DNA of 64,000 nucleotides from Thermoplasmatota archaeon (GTDB lineage: Archaea; Thermoplasmatota; Thermoplasmata; UBA10834). Each line of letters begins with the position of its first letter. The stretch's first letter is position 1. Position numbers and translations under genes: made by a program. Location: the NCBI GenBank assembly GCA_040751795.1, contig JBFMHR010000001.1, forward strand, positions 96,001 through 160,000, in the 5' to 3' direction. Positions 1-9,287 of this stretch are shown piece by piece. The notes below the pieces were generated by a model. That model did not search any database. It saw only the letters and a list, made by a program, of their open reading frames with translations, and was not told the DNA's origin.

Positions 1-756
1 CTCCGCCGGCACGTTGAAGGACACCCTGACCCCCAGCTTCCCCGAGCGTTCGGCCGCCTGGTAGACGGCGAGGTGCTCCGCCACGCCGTTGTCCTGGACG
101 GACGTCACACCCAACGAGTGAGCCCTCTTCGTGGCAAGCGCGAGGGCCTTCGCGTTCTTCGACCTGTCGGGTCGGGTCGCGTCCCTCACGATGTTGACTG
201 CGGACTCCTTCACGATGCCGGTGAGCCGCCCGCCGGCGCCCGTCTCCACACCAGGGATGTCCGCGTTGAGCCCGAGCTGCTCGATGGCCTTCGAGTTGAC
301 CGAGCACATGTGCATGCATATCCTGTGCGCCACTGCCGGGTTGTCGGGGCAGCACGAGTCGAGGTCGTCGCGGTTCATGAACCGCGATGTGCCCCACCTG
401 CTCTCGGACCATCCAGAGCCGATCACCCACTCGCCCGGGGCGACCTTCTTCGCCCCCGCGGCCATCTTCGCCACCGCCGACTCCAGGGACGCTGTCGCCA
501 TCAGGTCGACGTTCATCATGTTGACGCCCATGTTGACGAAATGGGTGTGGCTGTCGTTGAACCCCGGCACGACGACCTTCCCTCCCAGGTCGTACTTGTC
601 GCAGCCCCTCGGGGCCGACCCCTTTATCTCGGCGTCGCTCCCCACGGCGATGATCCGTCCACCTGATATGGCCACCGCGCGCGCGATCCCGATCTCCGCG
701 TCGAGGGTGTACACCTTGCCGTTGTAGAAGACCGCATCGGCCCTTCTCGCCACCAA
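1..756 (-). CDS. Amidohydrolase-3 (YtcJ-like) metal-dependent hydrolase, runs off the window start
   Basis: Manual translation of the minus strand: (M)VARRADAVFYNGKVYTLD...IIAVGSDAEI...DLGGKVVVPGFNDSHTH. This has the PGFxDxHxH metal-binding motif. Not in the ORF track because it is truncated. Confidence 0.85.
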   Translation of the reverse strand, partial: MVARRADAVFYNGKVYTLDAEIGIARAVAISGGRIIAVGSDAEIKGSAPRGCDKYDLGGKVVVPGFNDSHTHFVNMGVNMMNVDLMATASLESAVAKMAAGAKKVAPGEWVIGSGWSESRWGTSRFMNRDDLDSCCPDNPAVAHRICMHMCSVNSKAIEQLGLNADIPGVETGAGGRLTGIVKESAVNIVRDATRPDRSKNAKALALATKRAHSLGVTSVQDNGVAEHLAVYQAAERSGKLGVRVSFNVPAE

Positions 757-821
757 TGGAATCTACCCCGTCCGCCGGATGGCGTCGCGGATATTAGAAC
801 TGACTGAATGGCGCGGCAGGC

Positions 822-1364
822 TCACTTCGGGCGGAGGATGAGGTCGACGAGGGTGGAGAACGCGTTCTCGACGTTGTATCCGGTCTTGGCCGACGTCAGC
901 ATCGCTGGCGCCCCCTGCTTCATCGAGAATATCTCCAGGTCCTGCGTCGACACGCGCATGTCGTCCTTGAGGTCGCACTTGTTGCCCAGGAAGACTATAG
1001 GGACCTCGCCCGTGGTCGAAGTCATGGCCTTGACCCAGTACCTCAGCTCGCCGAGGCTCTCCTTGCTCGTGACGTCGCACACCGCGAGCGCACCCTCGGC
1101 GCCGTAGAAGTACGCCTCGCGCAGGACCTCCCTGAAGCTCGGCTGGCCCATGATGTCCCAGACCAGGAGCATGATCTTCAACTTCTCGCCGGTCTTCGGG
1201 TCGGTGTAATCTATCTCCTTCTTCGTCACCTTGGTCCCGATCGTCGCGATGTACTTGTCATCGAATACGTCCATCACGAACCTGCGGATGAGGCTGGTCT
1301 TGCCGACGCCCACATCGCCGACGAGACATATCTTGAGTTTCTTGACCTCGCCACTTTCGACCAA
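822..1364 (-). CDS. Small GTPase, Ras superfamily (Rab-like)
   Basis: G1 GDVGVGKTS, G2 ATIG, G3 WDIMGQ, G4 NKCD, G5 SAK. Start placed at TTG 1364 after AGGAG. The ORF-track extension to 1493 is probably non-coding. Confidence 0.9.
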   Translation of the reverse strand: MVESGEVKKLKICLVGDVGVGKTSLIRRFVMDVFDDKYIATIGTKVTKKEIDYTDPKTGEKLKIMLLVWDIMGQPSFREVLREAYFYGAEGALAVCDVTSKESLGELRYWVKAMTSTTGEVPIVFLGNKCDLKDDMRVSTQDLEIFSMKQGAPAMLTSAKTGYNVENAFSTLVDLILRPK

Positions 1365-1591
1365 TGGCCCAACAACTCCTTTGGCTCGTGATGTATCGCA
1401 TAGAGGTCTAAAAAACGTTTGCACATGATGAATGTCGACAGAAAACGTCGAGCCATACTGATACACATCGCGCGATGCGCGCCTCAATCGCACCGATTCG
1501 CTGCATTGTTATCAGAAAATGGAAAATGAAGCAAAGGCAAATAATACTCTAATGTGCTTACATGGTCAGAGATGCGTCATGGAAAGAACGC

Positions 1592-1614
1592 GGGACCCGA
1601 TGCAATCGGGTCCC
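1592..1614 (+). promoter_or_regulatory. Perfect 10-bp hairpin in the putative leader of the small-peptide operon
   Basis: GGGACCCGAT-GCA-ATCGGGTCCC. Confidence 0.5.
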
Positions 1615-1686
1615 TGGTTGGGGAAGACGCATCAGGAAACAAGGAAACGTCAGACCCCAGACGAATGAGATAGGAGGAAAACGCAT

Positions 1687-1764
1687 ATGTCCTGCGGAAA
1701 GTGCGGAAAGAAGACCAAGAAGAAGGCAGTGAAGAAGAAGGCAGCGAAGAAGAAGAAGAAGTAA
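1687..1764 (+). CDS. 25-aa Lys-rich CxxC peptide MSCGKCGKKTKKKAVKKKAAKKKKK
   Basis: AGGAGG RBS at about 1672-1677, ATG 1687, TAA 1762-1764. All 15 Lys codons are AAG, matching host codon bias. Confidence 0.7.
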   Translation: MSCGKCGKKTKKKAVKKKAAKKKKK

Positions 1765-1802
1765 TTCTTCAGGATTGGAATCTGGAGCTGGAGGTGGATC
1801 CC

Positions 1803-1892
1803 GTGCCTGCCAAGAAGAAGAAATGCAGCAAGCCGAAGAAGGCCGAAGACAGCTGCTGGGGCAAGGAGATCCGGGCCGACAGATCACGTTGA
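1803..1892 (+). CDS. 29-aa basic peptide MPAKKKKCSKPKKAEDSCWGKEIRADRSR
   Basis: GGAGGTG RBS at about 1790-1796, GTG 1803, TGA 1890-1892. Confidence 0.6.
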   Translation: MPAKKKKCSKPKKAEDSCWGKEIRADRSR

Positions 1893-1903
1893 TTCTGACC
1901 GAA

Positions 1904-1965
1904 TGAGATTCTGGACGGCGCTACAGACCGTTCGAGTCTCATCAAACTTCTTCCATCTTTGCTTC
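1904..1965 (+). terminator. Imperfect hairpin plus pyrimidine tract after the peptide pair
   Basis: ATGAGATTCTGGACGG...CCGTTCGAGTCTCAT followed by CTTCTTCCATCTTTGCTT. Confidence 0.45.
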
Positions 1966-2050
1966 TGCGATCCATCCCGCCGTGGGCACCTCTCAGCCGC
2001 CCCATACGAAACGAATTAAGGGGACCCATCATTCTCCCCTAGGCATCGAC

Positions 2051-3208
2051 ATGGCGCAGGACAGACGGCTGCTGTGGGTGATCAGTTATCACCACGCGTG
2101 CAACGACGGGACCCTCATGGTCCTCGTCGCAGTCCTCCCGATACTCATCCAGGAGATGGACCTCTCGTACTCCGACGTCGGGATACTCGGGCTCGGCCTC
2201 ATCATAACGGTGGTGGTTCAGTACTTCGTGGGCAAGGCCTCCGACAGGCACTTCTCGAGGTACCTCCTCGAGGTCGGGGCCGGGCTCATGGCCCTCTCGT
2301 TCCTCCTCATCCCGCTCGTCTCGGACTTCGTCGGCCTGTTCATAGTCGTGATCGCGATGAGGGTGGGGGCCAGCTTCTACCACCCGATCGGCGTCTCGTG
2401 GATAACCAGGGAGTACCAGGGGCCGTACCTCGACACCTCCCTCGGAATCCAGAGCGGCGTCGGGAACCTTGGCGTGATCACCGCACTGGGCACCTCGGGC
2501 TTCCTCGGCGAGTACCTCGGGTGGAAGGCCCCGTGCATCCTCTGGGCCGCGCTGAACCTGGTCGCCATCGCGCTGGGCGCCTTCATGACGAGAGGGCACG
2601 AGCCGCCCCGCCCTTCCGCAGGGGACAGCGTGAGGATACCGGTGATGTCCACCTTCCGCAAGATAGCCATCATAGCGTTCCCCGTGGCGGTCGGCGGCGC
2701 ATTCTACCAGGTCACGACTTACTTCGGCCCCATCAGCCTCACGCAGGAACACGGCTGGAGCACGGGGGATGCAGACCTCGTCTTCGCCGTATGGATAGGC
2801 GTCGGGATGCTGACCTCATACCTGTTCGGGAGGGTGAGCGGCCGGTTCGGCCGCGCGAACATCCTGAGGTGGGGGTATGCGACCGCCTGCGTCGGCGCGG
2901 TCATCCTGGCATTCGTCGCGGCATGGTACCTCATCGTCCCCACCCTCGTCGTGTTCGGGGCGCTCTTCTTCCTGACGTACCCCGCCCTGTTCGGCCTTGC
3001 GACCCTCTCCACCGAGCCGGCGGAGCGGGGGGCGACGTTCGGCATCCTCTTCGGGTTCCAGCTCGGCGGGGGCGCGGTGGTCGTGGCTGCGTGCGGGGCC
3101 CTGTCAGATGCGTTCCAGGACCCATCGTACTCGTTCCTCGTCATCGCTGGCCTTGCTGCGGCATCCGTCGTCGCGCTCATGGGTAGCGACCTGGGCAGGG
3201 ACGAATGA
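2051..3208 (+). CDS. MFS transporter
   Basis: About 12 hydrophobic segments, GKASDRH motif A, FYHPIG (Fsr-like). Confidence 0.9.
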   Translation: MAQDRRLLWVISYHHACNDGTLMVLVAVLPILIQEMDLSYSDVGILGLGLIITVVVQYFVGKASDRHFSRYLLEVGAGLMALSFLLIPLVSDFVGLFIVVIAMRVGASFYHPIGVSWITREYQGPYLDTSLGIQSGVGNLGVITALGTSGFLGEYLGWKAPCILWAALNLVAIALGAFMTRGHEPPRPSAGDSVRIPVMSTFRKIAIIAFPVAVGGAFYQVTTYFGPISLTQEHGWSTGDADLVFAVWIGVGMLTSYLFGRVSGRFGRANILRWGYATACVGAVILAFVAAWYLIVPTLVVFGALFFLTYPALFGLATLSTEPAERGATFGILFGFQLGGGAVVVAACGALSDAFQDPSYSFLVIAGLAAASVVALMGSDLGRDE

Positions 3209-3220
3209 CCTGGACAGGTG

Positions 3221-3988
3221 TCACTCCAGCCTGCCTCTTGTGACGACTACCCCCTGCGACGGCTGGATGTCCCTTGAGTGGGGCAGGCCGGGCTCCCCGT
3301 GCTCGAACTCCGAGACCATGGCATAGTACCCCATCCTGTCGCGCCGCACCTTCACCCACAGGACGAGCATCGCGATCGCCACAGCCACGACCCCCGTCAG
3401 ATAGACCATGTCGAATATGTTCGCGCCGCCTATGCTGAGCATTGCGAATTCGCCTGGGGGTGCGTCGAAGGAGAGCATCTCCCCCAGCCTGAGGACGTCG
3501 GCGCCCACGAGAGTCCCCAGGACGCCGGACGTGTAGGCGAGCCGCCCGGCCTTGTTGATGTCCGTCCAGAATACCGACAGGGAGTAGAGGCCTGCTGCGA
3601 TGGCGGGGGCGAACGCCAGCGGCACGTCCGCGACTATGCCCACACCCTCCTCCGCCCGGGTGATCGTGTACGTCAGGTATGCGACGATGGCGATCCCGAT
3701 GAACGTCTCGCTCACGCCGACGCGCTTCCTCAGGATGAAGCCCGCGCAGATGAGAACCGGGATTATCGCTCCCCCGACGCTGAGCCCCACCCACCAACCA
3801 TTGTAGGGGAACACCGGTATCGTGAGCCAGCCGAGGAACAGGGTTCCAGCGAGTATCGCGGAGGCCTCGCCCTCGGTGAAGCCGAGGGTGACGAGTACCT
3901 TCCTTATCGACGCCACGTAGAGGTATGTCAGGAGCAGGACGAAGCCCAGTATGCCGACGACCCAGACGTAGTCGGAGATGTCCGCCAT
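3221..3988 (-). CDS. Archaeal membrane protein, DUF1614-like
   Basis: Multiple TM segments, VGGAIIP, GTLVGADV and SIGGANIFD motifs. Confidence 0.75.
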   Translation of the reverse strand: MADISDYVWVVGILGFVLLLTYLYVASIRKVLVTLGFTEGEASAILAGTLFLGWLTIPVFPYNGWWVGLSVGGAIIPVLICAGFILRKRVGVSETFIGIAIVAYLTYTITRAEEGVGIVADVPLAFAPAIAAGLYSLSVFWTDINKAGRLAYTSGVLGTLVGADVLRLGEMLSFDAPPGEFAMLSIGGANIFDMVYLTGVVAVAIAMLVLWVKVRRDRMGYYAMVSEFEHGEPGLPHSRDIQPSQGVVVTRGRLE

Positions 3989-4061
3989 TTCGTGTGAGTA
4001 ACCGACTGATGGCGATAAATACCCTCTGCCCAGGCGCTTTCAGCGACGCGCGGCCATGGCG

Positions 4062-4505
4062 TCATTGCCCGACAGAGTATGGGTGCACGGATCCGGTCCG
4101 GCACAGCCTGAAGAGGACCTCCTCCAGCACGCGTGGCAGCTCCTCGGACGTGCCGAGGTACACGAGATGGCTGGGGCAGCGGCAGTCAGACGACCCGAAA
4201 CCCTTCGCGATGACGCTGGCGCCGTCCACGTTCATCAGGGCCTTGGCAACGGCGCACTCCATGTCCTTGCCGCCGAAAGGTATGAGCAGGCGTGACACCA
4301 CATCCACCTTCGCGACCAGGTAGTCGATGTGCCACCTCATCGTCTTGTGCTTCGTCACGTGCCTCGATACGCGACGCTCTATCCCCGCCTGGGCGGAGCC
4401 AGCATAGGCATAGCATCCCTGAGGGAAGTCGAACGTCCCCAGGGAGCCGCCCTTCACCCTCGTGTCCCTCGGCAGCTCCATCACGATGACGTATGTGCCC
4501 TTCAT
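4062..4505 (-). CDS. GIY-YIG (Uri/DUF123) family nuclease
   Basis: KGTY...YAYAGSA...RVSRH...WHIDYL...GFGSSDCRCPSHL. Confidence 0.85.
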   Translation of the reverse strand: MKGTYVIVMELPRDTRVKGGSLGTFDFPQGCYAYAGSAQAGIERRVSRHVTKHKTMRWHIDYLVAKVDVVSRLLIPFGGKDMECAVAKALMNVDGASVIAKGFGSSDCRCPSHLVYLGTSEELPRVLEEVLFRLCRTGSVHPYSVGQ

Positions 4506-4621
4506 CCCGGGAATGGATAGGGCTCCAGACGATTAAAACCACCGCGGCATGACGCGCATCGTCGAAAAGCCATATATCTCTGGAATGCATAGGTGCCAGC
4601 AGCAGATGCCAGGGATGGGAC

Positions 4622-5623
4622 ATGGCTGACGCCTACTCGTTGATATTCGTAGCGCTGGCAGCCGTGGGCTTCCTGGTGCTCAACCAGGGCGCCAAGTTCA
4701 TCACCGACAATGCGGTCGCCGTGTCCAGGAACTTCGGCATCAGCCGGTTCGTCATCGGGATGCTCGTCGTCTCGACACTGGCGGCGATGCCGGAGGTCCT
4801 GGTGTCCATCCTCGCGCTCAAGGAGGGTGCGGACCAGATCGCCCTCGGGAACGGCCTGGCCTCGAACGTGGTGACAATCGCATTCGTGATCGGCCTGACC
4901 GCGATCATCGTACCGCTCAAGGTGACCAGGGAGATGATCATGCGCGACGCCGTGTTCCTCATGACGGTGACCATAGTCGCGTCGGTCCTGCTCCTCGACG
5001 GGCAGCTCGCCTTCCTGGAGGGCATCGCGCTGATGATCCTCTTCGTCCCGTACACCATGAACCTGCTCCTTGTGGAGCGGTCCTCTAACAAGAGGGAGGT
5101 GGAGGAGACCCTGGAGGAGGTGACGATCCAGCTCCAGCTCATGGGGAACATCTTCGGGAGGAGGATAGAGGTCCGGGCCGGCCCGCACTGGCTCGTCTTC
5201 GGCATCCTCTGGACGGTGATGGGTGCGGAGTTCGTCGTGAGGAGCATAATGAGGATGACCGACGACTTCGGCCTCGACCCGTGGCTCGTCGGCATAACCA
5301 TCGCGGCGCTGGGCACGACCCTCCCGGACATCGCGGCCTCCTACCACGCGGCCAAGAGGGGGTTCGGCGACCTGGCCCTCGGGGAGGGCATAGGGGCGAA
5401 CATCGTGACGGTCCTCCTCACCCTGGGCCTGATGGGCATCATCAGGCCCATCGACTTCGACATCTCGAGCGTGCTACCCCTGATAGTCGTCCTGAACCTC
5501 TCGACGGTCCTAGTGCTCGTCTTCATGACCAAGGGCATGAGGATCTCGCAGCTGGGCGGGGTCGTCCTCATGGCCACCTACTTCGGGATGGTCCTCTCGC
5601 TCGTCCTCCTCTCCGTCCTCTGA
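4622..5623 (+). CDS. Ca2+/Na+ antiporter (CaCA, YrbG-like)
   Basis: Two alpha repeats (AAMPE...GNGLASN and GTTLPD...GEGIGAN), about 10 TM segments. Confidence 0.85.
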   Translation: MADAYSLIFVALAAVGFLVLNQGAKFITDNAVAVSRNFGISRFVIGMLVVSTLAAMPEVLVSILALKEGADQIALGNGLASNVVTIAFVIGLTAIIVPLKVTREMIMRDAVFLMTVTIVASVLLLDGQLAFLEGIALMILFVPYTMNLLLVERSSNKREVEETLEEVTIQLQLMGNIFGRRIEVRAGPHWLVFGILWTVMGAEFVVRSIMRMTDDFGLDPWLVGITIAALGTTLPDIAASYHAAKRGFGDLALGEGIGANIVTVLLTLGLMGIIRPIDFDISSVLPLIVVLNLSTVLVLVFMTKGMRISQLGGVVLMATYFGMVLSLVLLSVL

Positions 5624-5685
5624 CGGCATCATTCAGCTTATGTACTGATTATTCAGTTACCATTGAGAGCGGGCAGGCGGACGCT

Positions 5686-6504
5686 ATGTCGAAGCAGCTC
5701 ATCACTGGTCTCGAGGACGGAGAGGTGTCTGGATACGTCTTCCTCTGCGGGGAGCCGGAGAGGGTGCCGAGGATCGCCTCGATGCTGAAGGAGCCGGCGA
5801 AGGTCAGGCAGGCGAGGGAGTACACGGTCCACCGGGGCTCCCTGGACGGCGCCGAGGTAACGGTCGCATCGACCGGCATCGGCGGACCCTCGACGGCGAT
5901 CCTCGTCGAGGAGCTCGCGAACCTCGGGGCGCACACGTTCATCAGGGTCGGGACGAGCGGGGGCATCGCCGACGGCCTGGAGAAGGGGGACTTCGTCATC
6001 GCCACGGGGGCGATACGGGCCGACGGCACCAGCAGGAGCTACACATGGCCGGAGTTCCCGGCCCTGGCCCACCACGAGGTGACCATGGCGCTCGTGGACA
6101 GCGCCGTCAGGTCCGGCGCAAGGTTCGACGTGGGCGTGTGCTTCTCGGTCGACGGGTTCTACAGCGAGAACAAGGTCCTGAAGGACGGGGGCGTCGCGCC
6201 GATGTCCCAGTCCGGGTACATGCCCTCTTTCCTGGCCGACAGGCTCGCCGACGTCAAGGCGATGGGCGCCAAGAACATCGAGATGGAGAACGGCACCATC
6301 TTCACCCTCAGCACGATCATGGGCCTGCGCGCAGGAGCCGTCTGCACCGTATCGGACGTGGTCCCCTGGCACCCGACCGGGAAGATCATAGACTCGGAGC
6401 AGAACATGGCGGACTGCATCAGGGTCGGCGTCGAGGGCATGCGGACGCTCATGGCGTGGGACAGGAAGAGGGCCGGAAGGCACCTCGCGGTGTCCAGGCT
6501 CTGA
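5686..6504 (+). CDS. udp: Nucleoside (uridine) phosphorylase
   Basis: STGIGGPS, EELA, IRVGTSGG, EME motifs. ATG at 5686. Confidence 0.85.
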   Translation: MSKQLITGLEDGEVSGYVFLCGEPERVPRIASMLKEPAKVRQAREYTVHRGSLDGAEVTVASTGIGGPSTAILVEELANLGAHTFIRVGTSGGIADGLEKGDFVIATGAIRADGTSRSYTWPEFPALAHHEVTMALVDSAVRSGARFDVGVCFSVDGFYSENKVLKDGGVAPMSQSGYMPSFLADRLADVKAMGAKNIEMENGTIFTLSTIMGLRAGAVCTVSDVVPWHPTGKIIDSEQNMADCIRVGVEGMRTLMAWDRKRAGRHLAVSRL

Positions 6505-6509
6505 GCCGC

Positions 6510-7724
6510 TCACCGGGACGGCTTCTGACCGGGCTTCCTCTTCTGAGGCGACCGCGCCTCGGCCGGGGCCTGGGCGGGCGGCTTGGCCTTGTCGAGCCTG
6601 GAGAACGGCTCCGGCCAGTCGACCGTGTGGATGCTGGGAGAGCCCTCCCGGTCCCTGTAGTACTGCTGGTAGAACTCCTCCGCCACGTTCGGCACCACCG
6701 GGGCGACGAGCTTCAGCAGCCCCAGGCCGGTGGACCACATGACGTACCACGACGCCTCGTCCTTCGAGTCGAGGCGCTTCCCCTCCGTCGAGAGGTAGCC
6801 GCTGGAGATGTCGTTCGCTATGAACTCCTCCACGACCCTCAGCGCTGCGACGGCGTTCCCGTCCTGGATGTGCTCCTCGACCTTCTCCGCCGTGTTCAGG
6901 AAGGACTCCATCAGTCCCTTGTCCTGGTCCTTCAGGACCAGAAGCTCCGTTATCGGCTTGACCTTGATGCGCTTGGTGATGAACTCCTCGAGGCTCCAGA
7001 GCTGCTTCCAGAGGCGCGTCTCCTGGCGCCTGAGGTCGAGGAGCGTCCGCGCGTCGGAGTACTCCCTCGTCTGCACGGCCGTGGCGAGGTTCCTGATGGA
7101 GTCCTGGATCGAGTCCACCTGCACCCCGCTCCTGCTGAGGGCGGGGGTGAGCTTCAGGACGTCCTTGATGTAGCCGCGCAGGTGGCTGTGCCACTCGAGC
7201 CGGTCCTCCAGGAGGTCCTTCGCCATCATCATGTTGGTCATCGCCTGGTCGAAGCGGCCCTCCCTGTAGGCGCCTATCGAATCGACCACGAGCTCCTCGA
7301 TGTCCTGGCAGAAAACGGCGGCCTTCCTCGCCTGGGTGACGAGGTCCTTGACGGACCTGTAGGTGGAGAGCATGTTGAGGCTGCTGAAGTTCCTCTCCTC
7401 GAGGATGCGCGCAGCGGCCTCGGAGATCGCCCTGTTCTTGCTGAAGACGCACTCGACGAGGGCGAGCTCGCCCGTCTCCGACTGGGTCAGCCGCCCGATG
7501 CTGGCGCGCACCTGGTCCCTGATCTTCGGGTTGTCGATGTTGTAGTGCTTGAGTAGTACAGGGACGATGGCGAGGGGGTTCTTCCTCCCGTGCTCCTCTA
7601 TCCTGTCCAGCATCTTCCGCCTCCTCCCGGGGACGAACGAGGACAGGTCCGAGGTCAGGTGCCGGTCGATCCTGAGGCTCTCAACGTCCTTCGACATCTC
7701 GACGTCGGCGTCGCTGACGTACAT
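6510..7724 (-). CDS. Hypothetical alpha-helical protein with HEAT-like N-terminus
   Basis: Host-like codon usage, helical sequence (VPVLLKHYNIDNPKIRDQVRASIGRL), basic C-terminal tail. Confidence 0.65.
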   Translation of the reverse strand: MYVSDADVEMSKDVESLRIDRHLTSDLSSFVPGRRRKMLDRIEEHGRKNPLAIVPVLLKHYNIDNPKIRDQVRASIGRLTQSETGELALVECVFSKNRAISEAAARILEERNFSSLNMLSTYRSVKDLVTQARKAAVFCQDIEELVVDSIGAYREGRFDQAMTNMMMAKDLLEDRLEWHSHLRGYIKDVLKLTPALSRSGVQVDSIQDSIRNLATAVQTREYSDARTLLDLRRQETRLWKQLWSLEEFITKRIKVKPITELLVLKDQDKGLMESFLNTAEKVEEHIQDGNAVAALRVVEEFIANDISSGYLSTEGKRLDSKDEASWYVMWSTGLGLLKLVAPVVPNVAEEFYQQYYRDREGSPSIHTVDWPEPFSRLDKAKPPAQAPAEARSPQKRKPGQKPSR

Positions 7725-7881
7725 CTCCCTGCTCAAGACAGACACCTGGCACGTTCGGATGATGATGCGCATACATAAGTCTTTTCGGCTCTTCCCCGGA
7801 CGGGGACGACTGGGGTCCCGCATCAGGCCGGGCAAAGGTTATGATAGGGCACCGCGGTACAGCCCCCAAGGGGTGAGAAGA

Positions 7882-8451
7882 ATGGGAGTGATGGAGTTCC
7901 TGGAAGGCATATGGGACAACCTGTATGACAAGCTCCTGTCGGGGATACCGAGCGCGATCGTCGCGGTGATCGGCGGCGTGATATTCCTCATAGTGGCGCT
8001 CCTGATCATAATGGTGATCAGGGCGATACTGAGGAAGGTCTTCAGCAAGCTGCCGATCAACAAGAAGATCAGCGGGCTGCTGGTGACGATAGTCTACGCG
8101 CTGATGCTGTTCATAATAGTGGTGTCATTCCTGGAGATGATCGGGCTCGGGCAGGTCGCCCTGGCCTTGGGTGCCGCGATCGCGTTCATAGCCTTGGCCG
8201 TGGGCATGGCGATGAACAGCGTCCTGGGGGACTTCGTGGCGGGCGGGTTCCTGCTCGGCGAGAAGGACTTCGGGGAGGGCTTCCAGGTCGAGGCCGCGGG
8301 CGTCAAGGGCACCGTGGTCGAGGTCGACATAAGGAAGACCAGGATCCAGGGGGACGACGGCGTCCTGTACGTCATACCGAACAAGGCCGTCGAGGGAGCC
8401 ACCTGGAAGGTCTTCAAGAGGCCGGCCAAGACCGAGAAGAAGCTCTTCTAG
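7882..8451 (+). CDS. Short MscS-family mechanosensitive channel
   Basis: Three TM segments, then DFVAG...GFQVE..GVKGTVVEVDIRKTRI...IPN. Confidence 0.8.
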   Translation: MGVMEFLEGIWDNLYDKLLSGIPSAIVAVIGGVIFLIVALLIIMVIRAILRKVFSKLPINKKISGLLVTIVYALMLFIIVVSFLEMIGLGQVALALGAAIAFIALAVGMAMNSVLGDFVAGGFLLGEKDFGEGFQVEAAGVKGTVVEVDIRKTRIQGDDGVLYVIPNKAVEGATWKVFKRPAKTEKKLF

Positions 8452-8472
8452 GCCCGGGACGACGCAAACCCC

Positions 8473-9198
8473 TTATCGGTTTCTCATTCCCCCGATGCCA
8501 GGGAACCTCAGAGGTGCGGTCCCCGAGAACGCAATTGGGCTGAGCGCGTCCGTGTCGACGTCCGCCAGGAGCGGGGACATGTCCCTCAGCCGCTCCTCCC
8601 CGACCACCTCCACCCCCCCGGCGACTATGCTCATCGCCGGCAGGACGAGGAGCTCCTGCTCCTCGGAGTACAGGAAGCAGCCGTCCTTGAGGCCCGCCCG
8701 CGGCCCCTCCCTGGGCGCGAGCGACGGGTGGATGTGGCCCATGACCGTGGGCCTGCCGTCCAGCGCCCCCTCGTGCCCGTGGACGATCCGGACGCCGGAG
8801 ACGGAGGCCTCCTTCAGGAACGGGACCCCCAGCCCCCTCAGGATGGAACCCAGGTAGTTGTCGTGGTTGCCCCTGACCACCTCGAGCGGGACGGAGCCGC
8901 TGAGCCCCTCGACGAACCTGGACACGTCGTCCCACTCCTGGGAGAGGTTCCTGGAGAAGTTGTGCTTCAGGTCCCCCGCGACGACGAGCTTCGACGGCCT
9001 GACGCGCTCGACGAGGTCGAGTATGGTCCGCTGGACCTTCCTCGTCTGGACCCTGGGCAGGCTCAGGCCGTCCTGCTCGAGCGCCGCCTCGCACCCGAGG
9101 TGGAGGTCCGCGACCACCATGACGTCCTCCGGGGTAACCAGCGCAGCGCCGCCCGGGAGGACCCTCAGCCTGTCAGAGAGCCTGTATCCTCTCGCCAC
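8473..9198 (-). CDS. Calcineurin-like metallophosphoesterase (COG1407 type)
   Basis: ADLHLG, AGDLKH, RGNHD, HGH, GHIHP. Confidence 0.9.
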   Translation of the reverse strand: MARGYRLSDRLRVLPGGAALVTPEDVMVVADLHLGCEAALEQDGLSLPRVQTRKVQRTILDLVERVRPSKLVVAGDLKHNFSRNLSQEWDDVSRFVEGLSGSVPLEVVRGNHDNYLGSILRGLGVPFLKEASVSGVRIVHGHEGALDGRPTVMGHIHPSLAPREGPRAGLKDGCFLYSEEQELLVLPAMSIVAGGVEVVGEERLRDMSPLLADVDTDALSPIAFSGTAPLRFPGIGGMRNR

Positions 9199-9287
9199 GC
9201 CCGCCCATAGGCGCCGTCAGGATAACAAACTTGTCACTAGTTTCCCCGACCCGACCAGCGGGTTGAATACCCCTCCTGGCCATCCCC

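Noticed and set aside
1687-1764. Ribosomal protein eL41
   Set aside because: Similar length and charge, but no Arg/Trp pattern (KW.KKR.RR) and it carries a CxxC.
1701-1892. 63-aa acidic ORF from the track (MRKEDQEEG...)
   Set aside because: Its 5' half is a shifted reading of the Lys-rich peptide. RBS positions support two separate peptides at 1687 and 1803.
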